From positions 296,716 to 320,715 of the forward strand of contig CALJEN010000005.1 of assembly GCA_938073905.1 (NCBI GenBank): 24,000 nt of DNA, read 5' to 3'. The stretch comes from an uncultured Sulfolobales archaeon (GTDB lineage Archaea; Thermoproteota; Thermoprotei_A; Sulfolobales; NBVN01). Position 1 is the first letter of the stretch. Each line of letters opens with the position of its first letter. The notes beneath the pieces are model-generated. The model searched no databases, was not told the origin of the DNA, and saw only the letters and a program-made list of their open reading frames with translations. The translations under genes were made by a program, and so were the position numbers. Below are positions 14,607 to 23,142 of the stretch, one piece after another.

Positions 14607-16661
14607 GTGCTCGCGCTGCTGGTAAGCACCGCGGTGGGTTGCCTGATCCTCGCGTACGCGGCATACCTGGCGGCCTCTGTCATCAGGTACCCTCCCGGTA
14701 CCGGTAGAGCCGTCGAGATCCACGAGTTCATCAAGGAGGGTGCGAGGGCCTACCTGAGGAGGCAGTACGGAGTTATAGCAGCCATAGCCGTAGCCCTGGC
14801 GGTAGCCGTCTTCGCGCTGAACCTGGTTCTCGGCAGGCCGGTGCCCTGGCGGTCGCCCGCGATCTTCCTGGCGGGAACTGCATCCTCCATGGCTGCAGGC
14901 TACTTCGGCATGTCCGTGGCCACTCGAGCCAACGTGAGGACGGTCAACGCGGTCGTAAAGCGCGGCTTGGGGGAGGCATTCTCCTTAGCGCTCCGGGGAG
15001 GGCTCGTCATGGGTCTGACCGTAGCCGGTCTCGGGACGTTCGCCGTGGCCTCGCTCTCGCTAGCTCTCGGCCTAGCGGAGGACGTGGTCAGAGACCTAGT
15101 GTATTACGCGTTCGGAGCCTCTACTGTAGCCCTCTTCGCTAGAGTCGGAGGCGGGATATACACGAAGGCCGCCGACATAGGTGCCGACCTGGTGGGCAAG
15201 GTCGAGGTCGGGATACCGGAGGACGACCCCAGGAACCCCGGCGTCATAGCCGACAACGTGGGGGACAACGTGGGGGACGTAGCGGGCATGGGGGCCGACC
15301 TCTTCGAGTCGTACGTCGAGGCTATAATCTCTACCATGGTCATAGCCCTATCGCTCGGCGTCTCCGGCTGGAGGGACTTCGCAGCACTGCCAGTGCTGGT
15401 CTCGGCTCTCGGACTAATCGCGTCAGCCGCGACAGTGGCAGTGGCGCTCCTCGGTCGGGTGAAGGACCCGGCGCGGACGCTGACCCTCTCCAGCCTAGCC
15501 TCGGCGGTGATGATAGCAGTCGTTAGTTACTTCGCGTCCACCCTCCTCATGGGTGGGGAGCTCGGGACTAGAGCGTGGGCGGCCATCGTCGCTGGGCTGG
15601 CCGCGGGTGCCGCGGTCGGGCTCACCAGCGACTACTTCACTAGGAAGGGACTGCCGCCGACGGCCAAGGTGGCCGAGATGTCCCAGATGGGGGCTGCTCT
15701 CACCATACTCTCGGGGATGTCCTACGGGTTCCTGAGCGTCGTCGTGCCCGCAGTCGGCATAGCGGTAGCCGCTCTCGCGGCCTTCTACCTGCTCTCGACC
15801 GTCGGGGGCTTCTGGTACGGGATCTACGGAGTGTCCCTGTCGGCCGTCGGGATGCTCTCGCTGACCGGGTTCATAGTGGGAGCGGACGCCTACGGACCCA
15901 TAACCGACAACGCGGCCGGCATAGCGGAGCAGGCCGGGCTCGGCGAGGACGTCAGGTCCGTGGCAGACATCCTCGACTCGGCCGGCAACACGATGAAGTC
16001 CGTGTCGAAGGGCTACGCGATAGGCTCGGCGGCCCTAACGGCACTGGCACTGCTGGCGGCTTACGTGAGCGTTCTGCCGAGGGTCGACATGTCCCAGCTC
16101 GGGCTCCTGAACCCCTCGGTGATGGCCGGGCTCTTCGTCGGGATGGCTGTCCCGGCCCTCTTCACCGCTATAGTGATCAGGGCCGTCGGTGACGCGGCCT
16201 TCGAGCTGATAGCGGAGATCAGGAGGCAGTTCAGGGAGAGGCCCGGGATACTGGAGTTCAGGGAGAGGCCGGACTACGGGAGGGCCGTGGACGTGGTGAC
16301 CAAGTACGCGATCAAGAGGCTGGCAGTGCCCGGGCTCCTGGCGATAGCCGTGCCCATAGTCATAGGGGTTGCGCTGGGCCCGTACGCTCTCGCCGGGACT
16401 CTGGCCGGAGCCATACTAGCGGGACTCCTCCTCGGTCTCTTCCAGGGCAACGTGGGGAACACCTGGGACAATGCGAAGAAGTACATAGAGGAGGGACACT
16501 TCGGCGGAAAGGGGAGCGAGGCCCATAGGGCCGCGGTCATAGGCGACACCGTCGGAGACCCCCTCAAGGACGCCGCGGGACCCTCCCTCAACATACTGAT
16601 AAAGCTGATGAGCGTCGTCGCGCTCGCGTTCGCACCGGCGCTCGCAGCGGCGCTCGTGTGA
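14607..16661 (+). CDS. hppA: Membrane-integral H+-translocating inorganic pyrophosphatase
   Basis: 684-aa polytopic protein with the diagnostic motifs GGIYTKAADIGADLVGKVE, PEDDPRNPGVIADNVGDNVGDVAGMGADLFESY and DTVGDPLKD. GTG start, preceded by the TTAATTTAAAGCTTATAAG promoter region (14555-14573). Confidence 0.97.
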   Translation: MLALLVSTAVGCLILAYAAYLAASVIRYPPGTGRAVEIHEFIKEGARAYLRRQYGVIAAIAVALAVAVFALNLVLGRPVPWRSPAIFLAGTASSMAAGYFGMSVATRANVRTVNAVVKRGLGEAFSLALRGGLVMGLTVAGLGTFAVASLSLALGLAEDVVRDLVYYAFGASTVALFARVGGGIYTKAADIGADLVGKVEVGIPEDDPRNPGVIADNVGDNVGDVAGMGADLFESYVEAIISTMVIALSLGVSGWRDFAALPVLVSALGLIASAATVAVALLGRVKDPARTLTLSSLASAVMIAVVSYFASTLLMGGELGTRAWAAIVAGLAAGAAVGLTSDYFTRKGLPPTAKVAEMSQMGAALTILSGMSYGFLSVVVPAVGIAVAALAAFYLLSTVGGFWYGIYGVSLSAVGMLSLTGFIVGADAYGPITDNAAGIAEQAGLGEDVRSVADILDSAGNTMKSVSKGYAIGSAALTALALLAAYVSVLPRVDMSQLGLLNPSVMAGLFVGMAVPALFTAIVIRAVGDAAFELIAEIRRQFRERPGILEFRERPDYGRAVDVVTKYAIKRLAVPGLLAIAVPIVIGVALGPYALAGTLAGAILAGLLLGLFQGNVGNTWDNAKKYIEEGHFGGKGSEAHRAAVIGDTVGDPLKDAAGPSLNILIKLMSVVALAFAPALAAALV

Positions 16662-16671
16662 AGAGCTCCCG

Positions 16672-16676
16672 TTTTT
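16672..16676 (+). terminator. Oligo-T terminator candidate after hppA
   Basis: A TTTTT run lies 11 nt after the hppA stop, in the convergent gap with etfA. A matching T-run on the minus strand (AAAA at 16767-16770) follows the etfA stop. Confidence 0.4.
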
Positions 16677-16779
16677 CCGGTCAGCCCGCTCTCTCCCAGT
16701 CCCAGCGAATCCTCATCTCTCAAACGCTAGAGCTTGTCGGTGGTAAAGGGGGTCGGTCTCGCGGAGAAAACGCTACTCC

Positions 16780-17802
16780 CTACCTTCTCTTGCCCAACCT
16801 CTCGATGAGCTTGGGCAAGACCGCGAACAGGTCTCCCACTATCCCGTAGTCCGCTACTCTGAAGATGGGTGCCTCCGGGTCCCTGTTTACCGCTATCACC
16901 ACCTTCGAGTCCTTCATCCCGACCACGTGCTGTATCGCACCGGAGATCCCGACTGCTATGTAAACCTCCGGCTTGACGGTCTGACCGGTCAGGCCGACCT
17001 GGTGGTCGTACGGTATGAGGCCAGCGTCGACGGCTGCTCTCGAGGCTCCCACCTCCGCGTTCAGGGCTTTGGCCAGCTCCCTGACAAGCTCGAACCCCTT
17101 CGCTCCGCAGCCCCTGCCGCCGGCCACTATGATCCTCGCCGACCTCAGGTCTACCTTCCTCGTCTCCCTCCTGACCTCGATCACCTCGGCTGCCTCGAGG
17201 GAGCTCTCCTCTATCTCCGCGCTCCACTCGACGACCCTGCCGGTCCTCGAGGGGTCTCTCGGGGGAACCGGGAAGAGTCCGGGCCTCACGGTCGCCATCT
17301 GAGGTCTGTGCCAGGGTGTGACTATGGCGGCCATGATCTCCCCTCCGAACGTGGGCCTCAGCTGGTAGAGGACTCTCTCGTACCTCCTGCCCGTCGCTGG
17401 ATCCACCCAGTCGCCTATGTCCACGTCGGTGCAGTCCGCCGTTATCCCCGTCCTGAGCCTCGCCGCGATCCTCGGGGCCAGCTCGCGCCCCGTGGTCGTA
17501 GCGGAGAACAGGACTATCTCGGGCCCCACATTCCTGATGACCTCCGCGGCAGCGTCTGTATACGGGAGGACGCTGTACGTAGCGAGCCTGGGGTCGTCGA
17601 CTACGTGGACCTCCTCCGCTCCTCTGTAGACGACCTCCTCCGCCACCCTCCTGACCCCGTGTCCGACCAGGATGGCGCCGACGCCGAGGCCCGCTTTGGT
17701 GGCTAGTTCTTTGGCCTTCCCCAGGAGCTCTAGGGAGTGCTCGGCTGGTGTCCCCTCTAGTACCTCTACGTAGACAAGTAGCTTGCCCGCCAACCTCCTC
17801 AC
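16780..17802 (-). CDS. etfA: Electron transfer flavoprotein, alpha subunit
   Basis: The C-terminal FAD-binding motif is present: [53 protein letters not shown]. 4-nt overlap with etfB. Confidence 0.9.
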   Translation of the reverse strand: MRRLAGKLLVYVEVLEGTPAEHSLELLGKAKELATKAGLGVGAILVGHGVRRVAEEVVYRGAEEVHVVDDPRLATYSVLPYTDAAAEVIRNVGPEIVLFSATTTGRELAPRIAARLRTGITADCTDVDIGDWVDPATGRRYERVLYQLRPTFGGEIMAAIVTPWHRPQMATVRPGLFPVPPRDPSRTGRVVEWSAEIEESSLEAAEVIEVRRETRKVDLRSARIIVAGGRGCGAKGFELVRELAKALNAEVGASRAAVDAGLIPYDHQVGLTGQTVKPEVYIAVGISGAIQHVVGMKDSKVVIAVNRDPEAPIFRVADYGIVGDLFAVLPKLIERLGKRR

Positions 17803-18626
17803 ACCCCCAGCGGTACGCCGTCTTTCCTCAGCTCCTCGAGGAGGCGGTCTACGGCTCTATCTGGGTCGGCCTCCGAGATTACGACGCCCTTCCTCTTGAT
17901 CTCCACCCTCCACATCCTGACCACCCTCGTGGGGGAGCCCGCTATACCGACCAGGGAGGGGTCTATGCCCGCGTCGTCCGCGCTCCACACGGCCACCTGC
18001 TTCCGCCTGGCGGCGAGGACGTCTCTCAGAGAGGGTATCCTGGGCTGATAGCTGGTGCCAGCGATGCTCAGGACAGCCGGGAGCTTGACCCTCACCACCG
18101 CGTACCCCCCCTCGATCAGCCTCTTGACCGATACCCGACCGTCCCCGACCTCGAGGATCCTGTCCACGTAGGAGACGCTCGGGATGCCGAGCCACTCCCC
18201 GACCTCGGGGCCTATGTGGCCGGTGTTGCTGTCCGAGGTCTCGATGCCGCAGAGGACCAGGTCTACCCCGCCCAGCCTCTGCTCCAGTCTCCTGATGACG
18301 GCGGAGAGGGCGTACGAGGTGGCCAGAGTGTCCGACCCGGCCAGCCTGGGGTCGCTCAGCAGGACGGCCTCGTCGACCCCCATGGCTAGGACCTCTCTGA
18401 TCGCGTCGGCGGCGTGTGGAGGAGCCATGGAGACGCTGACGACCCTCCCGCCGAACCTCTCCTTCAGCTGGACGGCGGCCTCCACCGCGTGCTTGTCGTA
18501 CGGGTTGACCACCAGCTTCGCGGCGGACCTGTCGATGGTCCCGTCGGGTCTGAACCTGACCGCGGCCTTCGGGTCTACGACGGGCTTCACCAGCACGACC
18601 ACGTTCATGGGCACTGTCCGGCCCAC
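17799..18626 (-). CDS. etfB: Electron transfer flavoprotein, beta subunit
   Basis: [19 protein letters not shown]...[18 protein letters not shown] is typical of the EtfB N-terminus. The more likely start is the internal ATG at 18608 (MNVVVLVK). Confidence 0.9.
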   Translation of the reverse strand: MGRTVPMNVVVLVKPVVDPKAAVRFRPDGTIDRSAAKLVVNPYDKHAVEAAVQLKERFGGRVVSVSMAPPHAADAIREVLAMGVDEAVLLSDPRLAGSDTLATSYALSAVIRRLEQRLGGVDLVLCGIETSDSNTGHIGPEVGEWLGIPSVSYVDRILEVGDGRVSVKRLIEGGYAVVRVKLPAVLSIAGTSYQPRIPSLRDVLAARRKQVAVWSADDAGIDPSLVGIAGSPTRVVRMWRVEIKRKGVVISEADPDRAVDRLLEELRKDGVPLGV

Positions 18627-18645
18627 CCGCGGCGCGACCGCTCTC

Positions 18646-19875
18646 CTACTTCCTCTTGGAGGTGTACTCCCTTCCCACTACCTCGCGGGCCACTATCAGC
18701 CTCATTATGTCCAGAGAGCCCTCGGCCCAGTCGTAGCTCTTGACGGCCTTGAGGGCGAGCGCGACCGGGTTCTCCTCGGTGTAGCCGTAGGCCCCGTACC
18801 ACCTGAGGGCGTCGTCTATGGCTCGCTTGGCGGCCTGAACCGCGAAGAGCTTGGCCGAGGCCGTTATCCTGGTCACCTCGAACCTGCCGATCCTGCCCTC
18901 CTGCTCCATCTTCAGAGCCCACAGGGCCTTGTAGGCCAGAGCGTGGGCCGCCTCGAGCGCTGCCCAGTTGTCGGCGAGCTGGAACTGCACCCCCTGGAAC
19001 GAGGCCACGGGCTGACCGAAGGCCCTTCTCTGCTTGGCGTACTCCAGAGCGAGCTCTATGGCCCTCTTGCCTCCCACCGCGCACGCGAGGGCTATGTAGG
19101 CTCTCGCGTGGTCGAAGCCCTCCATGGCTATGTAGAAGCCCCTGCCCTCCTCACCTATCCTGTACCTCTCCGGGACCCTCACGTCGCTCAGCACGAAGCT
19201 GCCGAACGACCAGCCCTTCCTCCCGAACTCCTTCTCTAGCCTGATCGATACGTTGGGGTCCGTGAGGGGGACGAAGAACAGGGTCATTCCCCTGTGCTGC
19301 TTGGACTTGTCCGTGTAAGCCAGCGTGACGTGGCCTCCACCGTCCGGGAACCACACGCCCCTCTCCTTCGCCTCCCTGACTCCCGAGATGTAGGCCTTCT
19401 CTCCTGCGATCACGTACCCGTCTCCGTCCCTCCGGGCCGCCGTCGCGATCCCCGTGAGGTCGGAGCCCGCCCCGGGCTCCGTAGTAGCTATCCCGATCCA
19501 GACGTCACCGGTCGCCGCCCTCCTTATCACGTCCTCTCGGAACTCTTCGTTGCCGTATTTGTAGGCCACGTAGCCCCAGGACGTGTGGACTAGGTAGGCG
19601 ACGGCCAGGGAGAACGTCAGGTCTGCCCTGACTATCTCCTCCAGCACGATGCCCGCCGTGACCGGGTCCAGCCCGAGGCCTCCGTACTGTTCGGGGAAGA
19701 GGATTCCGAAGAGCCCGAGCCTGGACATCTCCCTCACGATCTCCGGCGGAATGAGCTGCTTCTCCTCGAACTCGACGACCCTCGGAGCGATGTACTTCTC
19801 CGCAAACTCTCTGACCGTAGACCTCACGTCCTCCTGTTCCTTGGCGAACTCGAAGTCCACGGGCATCGGTGGCAC
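18646..19875 (-). CDS. Acyl-CoA dehydrogenase (FAD-dependent)
   Basis: 409 aa with ACAD motifs: TEPGAGSDL, YAKQRRAFGQPVASFQGVQFQLADN, and a C-terminal YDWAEGSLDIMRLIVAREV carrying the catalytic-Glu context. A minus-strand TATA (CTTATATT, ~19899-19906) lies about 25-30 nt upstream of the ATG. Confidence 0.9.
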   Translation of the reverse strand: MPPMPVDFEFAKEQEDVRSTVREFAEKYIAPRVVEFEEKQLIPPEIVREMSRLGLFGILFPEQYGGLGLDPVTAGIVLEEIVRADLTFSLAVAYLVHTSWGYVAYKYGNEEFREDVIRRAATGDVWIGIATTEPGAGSDLTGIATAARRDGDGYVIAGEKAYISGVREAKERGVWFPDGGGHVTLAYTDKSKQHRGMTLFFVPLTDPNVSIRLEKEFGRKGWSFGSFVLSDVRVPERYRIGEEGRGFYIAMEGFDHARAYIALACAVGGKRAIELALEYAKQRRAFGQPVASFQGVQFQLADNWAALEAAHALAYKALWALKMEQEGRIGRFEVTRITASAKLFAVQAAKRAIDDALRWYGAYGYTEENPVALALKAVKSYDWAEGSLDIMRLIVAREVVGREYTSKRK

Positions 19876-20005
19876 CGGAAGCGGTATTCGCTAACTCAAT
19901 ATAAGCCGGTGAGAGCCACCGGGGCACACGTGCTACCGCGAGGTGGTGGTCGGTTGAGGCAGCCGGAAGCGGGAGCAAGGTCGGGTTCGGCTGCAGCCCC
20001 TAAAT

Positions 20006-20020
20006 AGTAAACTTTATATA
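20006..20020 (+). promoter_or_regulatory. Strong BRE/TATA promoter (AGTAAA-C-TTTATATA)
   Basis: A purine-rich BRE-like AGTAAA sits immediately 5' of TTTATATA (20013-20020). The predicted start at ~20043 coincides with the 5' strand of the terminal helix of the downstream structured RNA. Confidence 0.55.
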
Positions 20021-20042
20021 CTTCTCCCCAACACTACATGAT

Positions 20043-20469
20043 GGCGGGATAGCGCGCCCGGTATGTGGCGAAGCGAGTAAGCCGAATGGGCACGCTATGA
20101 GGCGCTCGATGTGGGGTGCTTCACCGTTGCCCCCGAAAGCCACCGAGGCCTCCAGGGCCGGGGTGGAACGCGTAGTCACGAAGTCACGAAGTGTTGACTA
20201 CGCGACAACGGTCTAGCCATGTCTGCCCCGATCGTCTGAGCCCCCTGCGATTTGCATGTCCGCCACCACAACCGAGCTCGGGCAGACAGAGCCTTCTCGA
20301 ATCGCCCGCGGGCTCTCCCACTAGACTAAGAATCGTACCCAACCGGCGGAACGCCTGCCGAACTCCCCTAGCGGGTAGCCGGGTAGGCGGTCGACCGTCT
20401 ACTCAGAGCAGGGTCTACGCGAGGCACCGCAAAGGTGGAATAAAGCTTCCGGTTCAGGACCCTCCCGCC
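20043..20469 (+). ncRNA. rnpB: Large structured RNA, most likely RNase P RNA (type A-like core with enlarged specificity-domain hairpins)
   Basis: There is no credible ORF. The terminal helix pairs GGCGGGA (20043-49) with UCCCGCC (20463-69). Elements resembling CR-I to CR-V occur in the correct order: GAGUAAGCCGAAUGGGC (20075-91, cf. GAGGAAAGUCCGGGC); GGGGUGGAAC (20160-69, cf. GGGUGAAAG); GAACUCCCCUAGCGGGUAGCC (20360-80, cf. AAACUCCACCCGGAGCAAGGCC); CCGGGUAGGCGG (20379-90, cf. CCGGGUAGGCUG); then a hairpin CACCGCAAAGGUG and CUUCCGGUUCAGG (cf. CCCGGCUUAUCGG). There are also perfect hairpins at 20169-20204, 20221-20287 and 20288-20316. All comparison is by eye against remembered bacterial/archaeal consensus. 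The CR-I and CR-V matches are imperfect. Confidence 0.55.
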
Positions 20470-20855
20470 TCACTCTGGCGGGGCGCCGACTCCGGGTGGC
20501 GTTCCCCCTTCTTCGCTCCCGCACAGCTCGCCTATCACAGCTACCAGATCGTTACCATGTACCTCGCTACGATGGGTCTCCTACCCGCTGCTATATACTC
20601 CGGGCTGAGGTAGTCCTCGTACTTCGTCATCTTGTCTACAGTCACCCTGATGTCCAGGCCCGGGTCATCGCGACGCCATTTAAGGTTCAACGAAACTCCG
20701 CTTATCGGACGGACCTCGCTCGGTCTCTCTTCGCCTCTCCGCCGTAGAGAGCTAGCTTCTAGGGTCCACGGCTGGCTACCGCCCGATGCCTGCTTCGCCG
20801 TCGGTGACTCCGGCTTTTTACCTTCTGGCCCACTACTCGTTCGGAAGACCGTCCG

Positions 20856-21770
20856 GTGGAGGCGTTGGTCGGTACGTGCGCCGATCTGGCGGACAGGTCA
20901 GGCCTCTCGAGGGTGCTGTCGCTAGCTGAGGCCAGGCCTCTCGAAGTTCTGCTCAGGCTGTCGGACTGCCTGGTCCGGGAGCCCAGGTCGGCGGTGGTGG
21001 GGGTCACGGGTCCTCAGGGTGTGGGCAAATCCACCCTGATCTCGAGCCTGGCGAGGGAGCTGAGCAGCGGAGGTAGCAGGGTGGCCGCGCTGCTGGTCGA
21101 CCCCTCCTCTCCGCTCACTGGGGGCGCCGTCCTCGGCAACAGGCTGAGGATCAGGGACCTCCCGAGTGAGGCCTTCGTGAGGAGCGTGTGGGCGGAGGAC
21201 GAGAGGGCCGTCCCGCTCAGGGCGCTGACGGCTCTCGAGGTTCTGGAGGCGGCAGGCTACGACTACGTAATCGTAGAGACTCCCGGTGCCGGCCAGGTCA
21301 ACACGAGCATCCTGAGGATCAGCGACCTGGTCCTGGTAGTCCTGATGCCGCTCCTGGGGGACGAAGTCCAGGCGATAAAGGCGGGGCTCATGGAGATAGG
21401 GGACGTCTACGTAGTAAACAAGGCCGACGTCCCGGAGGCCGACCTCATGTACAACTACGTCAAGCCTTTCGCAAAGGGGAGGCCCGTCGTCAAGGTCTCG
21501 GCTCTCTACAGAAAGAACGTGGGGGAGCTAGTGGAGGTGCTGAGGGGCGAGCTGCGGAGGAGGAGCCTGGAGGGATCGATCGAGAGGAAGCGCGCCGAGC
21601 GGAGGAGATACCTGCTCGAGGAGGCACTGCTGGAGCTGCTACACGACGCGATCCGGGAGGAGCTGGGCGGACTCGCCTCGGAGGAGCTGCTGAAGAGACC
21701 GGACGCCCTCGCGGAGTTGGTGAGAGACTTAAAAGCCAGGCTGGCTAACAGAATTGTGGCGGGCCCGTAG
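20856..21770 (+). CDS. meaB: MeaB/ArgK-family G3E P-loop GTPase (metallochaperone)
   Basis: VGVTGPQGVGKSTLI (P-loop), LLVDPSSPLTGGAVLGNRLRI, ETPGAGQ and VVNKAD follow the MeaB/ArgK motif series. GTG start. A TATA-like CTTTTTAC lies at ~20813-20820. Confidence 0.85.
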   Translation: MEALVGTCADLADRSGLSRVLSLAEARPLEVLLRLSDCLVREPRSAVVGVTGPQGVGKSTLISSLARELSSGGSRVAALLVDPSSPLTGGAVLGNRLRIRDLPSEAFVRSVWAEDERAVPLRALTALEVLEAAGYDYVIVETPGAGQVNTSILRISDLVLVVLMPLLGDEVQAIKAGLMEIGDVYVVNKADVPEADLMYNYVKPFAKGRPVVKVSALYRKNVGELVEVLRGELRRRSLEGSIERKRAERRRYLLEEALLELLHDAIREELGGLASEELLKRPDALAELVRDLKARLANRIVAGP

Positions 21771-21856
21771 TTTAGCTTGGCAGAATGCGGGGTTCGGGTC
21801 CTCGCCTCGCGCGGCGGAAGTCCCCGTGGTCCGGGGTTCAAATCCCCGCGGGCCCA
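21760..21856 (+). tRNA. tRNA-Pro (anticodon CGG) with a 22-nt intron at canonical position 37/38
   Basis: Hand-folded cloverleaf. Acceptor GGGCCCG/CGGGCCC; D stem GUUU/GAAU; anticodon stem CGGGG/CCCCG interrupted by the intron at 21799-21820; anticodon CGG at 21795-21797; T arm CGGGG-UUCAAAU-CCCCG; discriminator A at 21856. CCA is not fully encoded. Confidence 0.92.
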
Positions 21857-22022
21857 CCTACGGCGCTTCAGCGCGCGGTACTTGCGAGTCCCGGCTGCGC
21901 GCCTCCTCTCGGAATCCCCCAGGGACATCGGTCGCCCCTCAGAAGCCGCGGAGCTCCGGGAGCCCTCTACATCGAGAGGGTATTTTTAGACTCCCCCTCA
22001 TACATACTGGGGTGTCGACGCG

Positions 22023-23120
22023 TTGAGGTGGAGGCTAGACTCCGTCCTGAACCTTATGGAGCTAAGCAACGTCGACATGCTGATCGTCACCCACCCCCCT
22101 AACGTCACCTACCTAACCGGGATCCCCAGGTCCTCGGGCATCGTGCTGATCCTCGAGAGAGACGGGTCCCTCGCGGCGCTTGTACCCGCACTGGACTACT
22201 GGAGGGCCATCCACTCGGCAAAGATCGGTGGACTGGAGGTCAAGCCCTACGCTACGTACCGGCTACCGGACGTAGACCTCCAGCTCCTCGAGCCTCCCCA
22301 CGCGCACCTACCGAGGGTGGTGAAGGAGAGAGGTCTGAGGGTGGCCATCGACAACCCCTACGGGAGAGTGGGGTTCGAGCTGGAGAGAGTGGGAGCGAGG
22401 ATCGTCGACTTCTCTGACGCCATCTCAGACCTGAGGGCTGTCAAGCGCCAGGAAGAGCTAGAGCTCATGAGGAGAGCCCTTTGGATCACTGAGAGGGCCG
22501 TGGAGAGGGTGCTCGGAGAGCTCAGGCCCGGCCTCTCGGAGAGAGAGGTGGCGGCAGCTCTCGAGTACCACATGTGGCTCGGGGGGTCTGACGGGCTCGC
22601 CTTCGAGACCATAGTCGCCTTCGGTGCCAACGCGGCCTACCCTCACGCTACTGTGAGCGGCAGGACGCTGGGGGAGGGTGAGCCAGTCCTGATCGACGCG
22701 GGGGCCCAGGTCGAGAGCTACTCGTCGGACATCACCAGGACGATCCTCCCGGGAGGAGTGAGCAGCGAGGTCAGGAGGGCCGTGGAGGTGGTCTCCGAGG
22801 CCGTGGAGGCCGCGATCGACAGGGTTCGCGAAGGCGTTACCGCGGAGGAGGTGGACGCTGCCGCCAGGGAGGTGGTGAGGAGGGCCGGACTGGCGAAGTA
22901 CTTCGTCCACTCCCTGGGGCACGGAGTCGGGATCGAGGTGCACGAAAAGCCGCGCCTGGCCCAGGGCTCCAAGGACGTTCTGAAGGAGGGCATGATCGTA
23001 ACCATCGAGCCCGGCGTCTACGTGACCGGCGCCTACGGGGTGAGGATAGAGAACATGGTGCTGGTCAAGAAGAGCGGGGCCGAAGTCCTCAACAGTCTGC
23101 CCAAGGTCCTCCAGGTCTAG
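22023..23120 (+). CDS. pepQ: Xaa-Pro dipeptidase / aminopeptidase P family (M24B metallopeptidase)
   Basis: The creatinase-like N-terminal domain (MELSNVDMLIVTHPPNVTYLTG) and the pita-bread catalytic motifs (DAGAQVESYSSDITRT, HSLGHGVGIEVHEKP, TIEPGVY, RIENMVLV) are present. TTG start. TATTTTTAGA lies ~35-40 nt upstream. Confidence 0.9.
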   Translation: MRWRLDSVLNLMELSNVDMLIVTHPPNVTYLTGIPRSSGIVLILERDGSLAALVPALDYWRAIHSAKIGGLEVKPYATYRLPDVDLQLLEPPHAHLPRVVKERGLRVAIDNPYGRVGFELERVGARIVDFSDAISDLRAVKRQEELELMRRALWITERAVERVLGELRPGLSEREVAAALEYHMWLGGSDGLAFETIVAFGANAAYPHATVSGRTLGEGEPVLIDAGAQVESYSSDITRTILPGGVSSEVRRAVEVVSEAVEAAIDRVREGVTAEEVDAAAREVVRRAGLAKYFVHSLGHGVGIEVHEKPRLAQGSKDVLKEGMIVTIEPGVYVTGAYGVRIENMVLVKKSGAEVLNSLPKVLQV

Positions 23121-23142
23121 AGATAGGGTGTTCCGCAGAGGC

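Noticed and set aside
20043-20469. Alternative readings of the structured RNA: RNase P RNA on the minus strand (UUCGGCUUAC at ~20071-20080 looks CR-V-like), or SRP (7S) RNA
   Set aside because: The minus orientation has no promoter, lacks the ACAGAA part of CR-V, and would put the other CR-like elements in the wrong order. SRP RNA is unlikely because no helix-8 type CCC-GGAA-GGGAGCAGCC motif is present on either strand and the element is ~120 nt too long.
20191-20747. Plus-strand ORFs of 140 aa (20191-20613) and 83 aa (20496-20747) in the large intergenic gap
   Set aside because: Their Ser/Pro/Arg-rich composition is not protein-like. The first lies almost entirely inside the hairpin-dense structured RNA. 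No SD or promoter is placed appropriately for either.
21760-21856. tRNA-Pro as an integration site (att) of a mobile element or provirus
   Set aside because: I found no second copy of the tRNA 3' half (…GGGGTTCAAATCCCCGCGGGCCCA) or of the CRISPR-unrelated flank anywhere in the window. There is no integrase-like ORF nearby, and the flanking genes are housekeeping.
21188-21928. 186-aa plus-strand and 140-aa minus-strand ORFs overlapping meaB and the tRNA
   Set aside because: The alternative frame of meaB yields a Gly/Arg-rich repeat-like sequence. The minus ORF runs antisense through the tRNA gene. Neither has motifs or expression signals.
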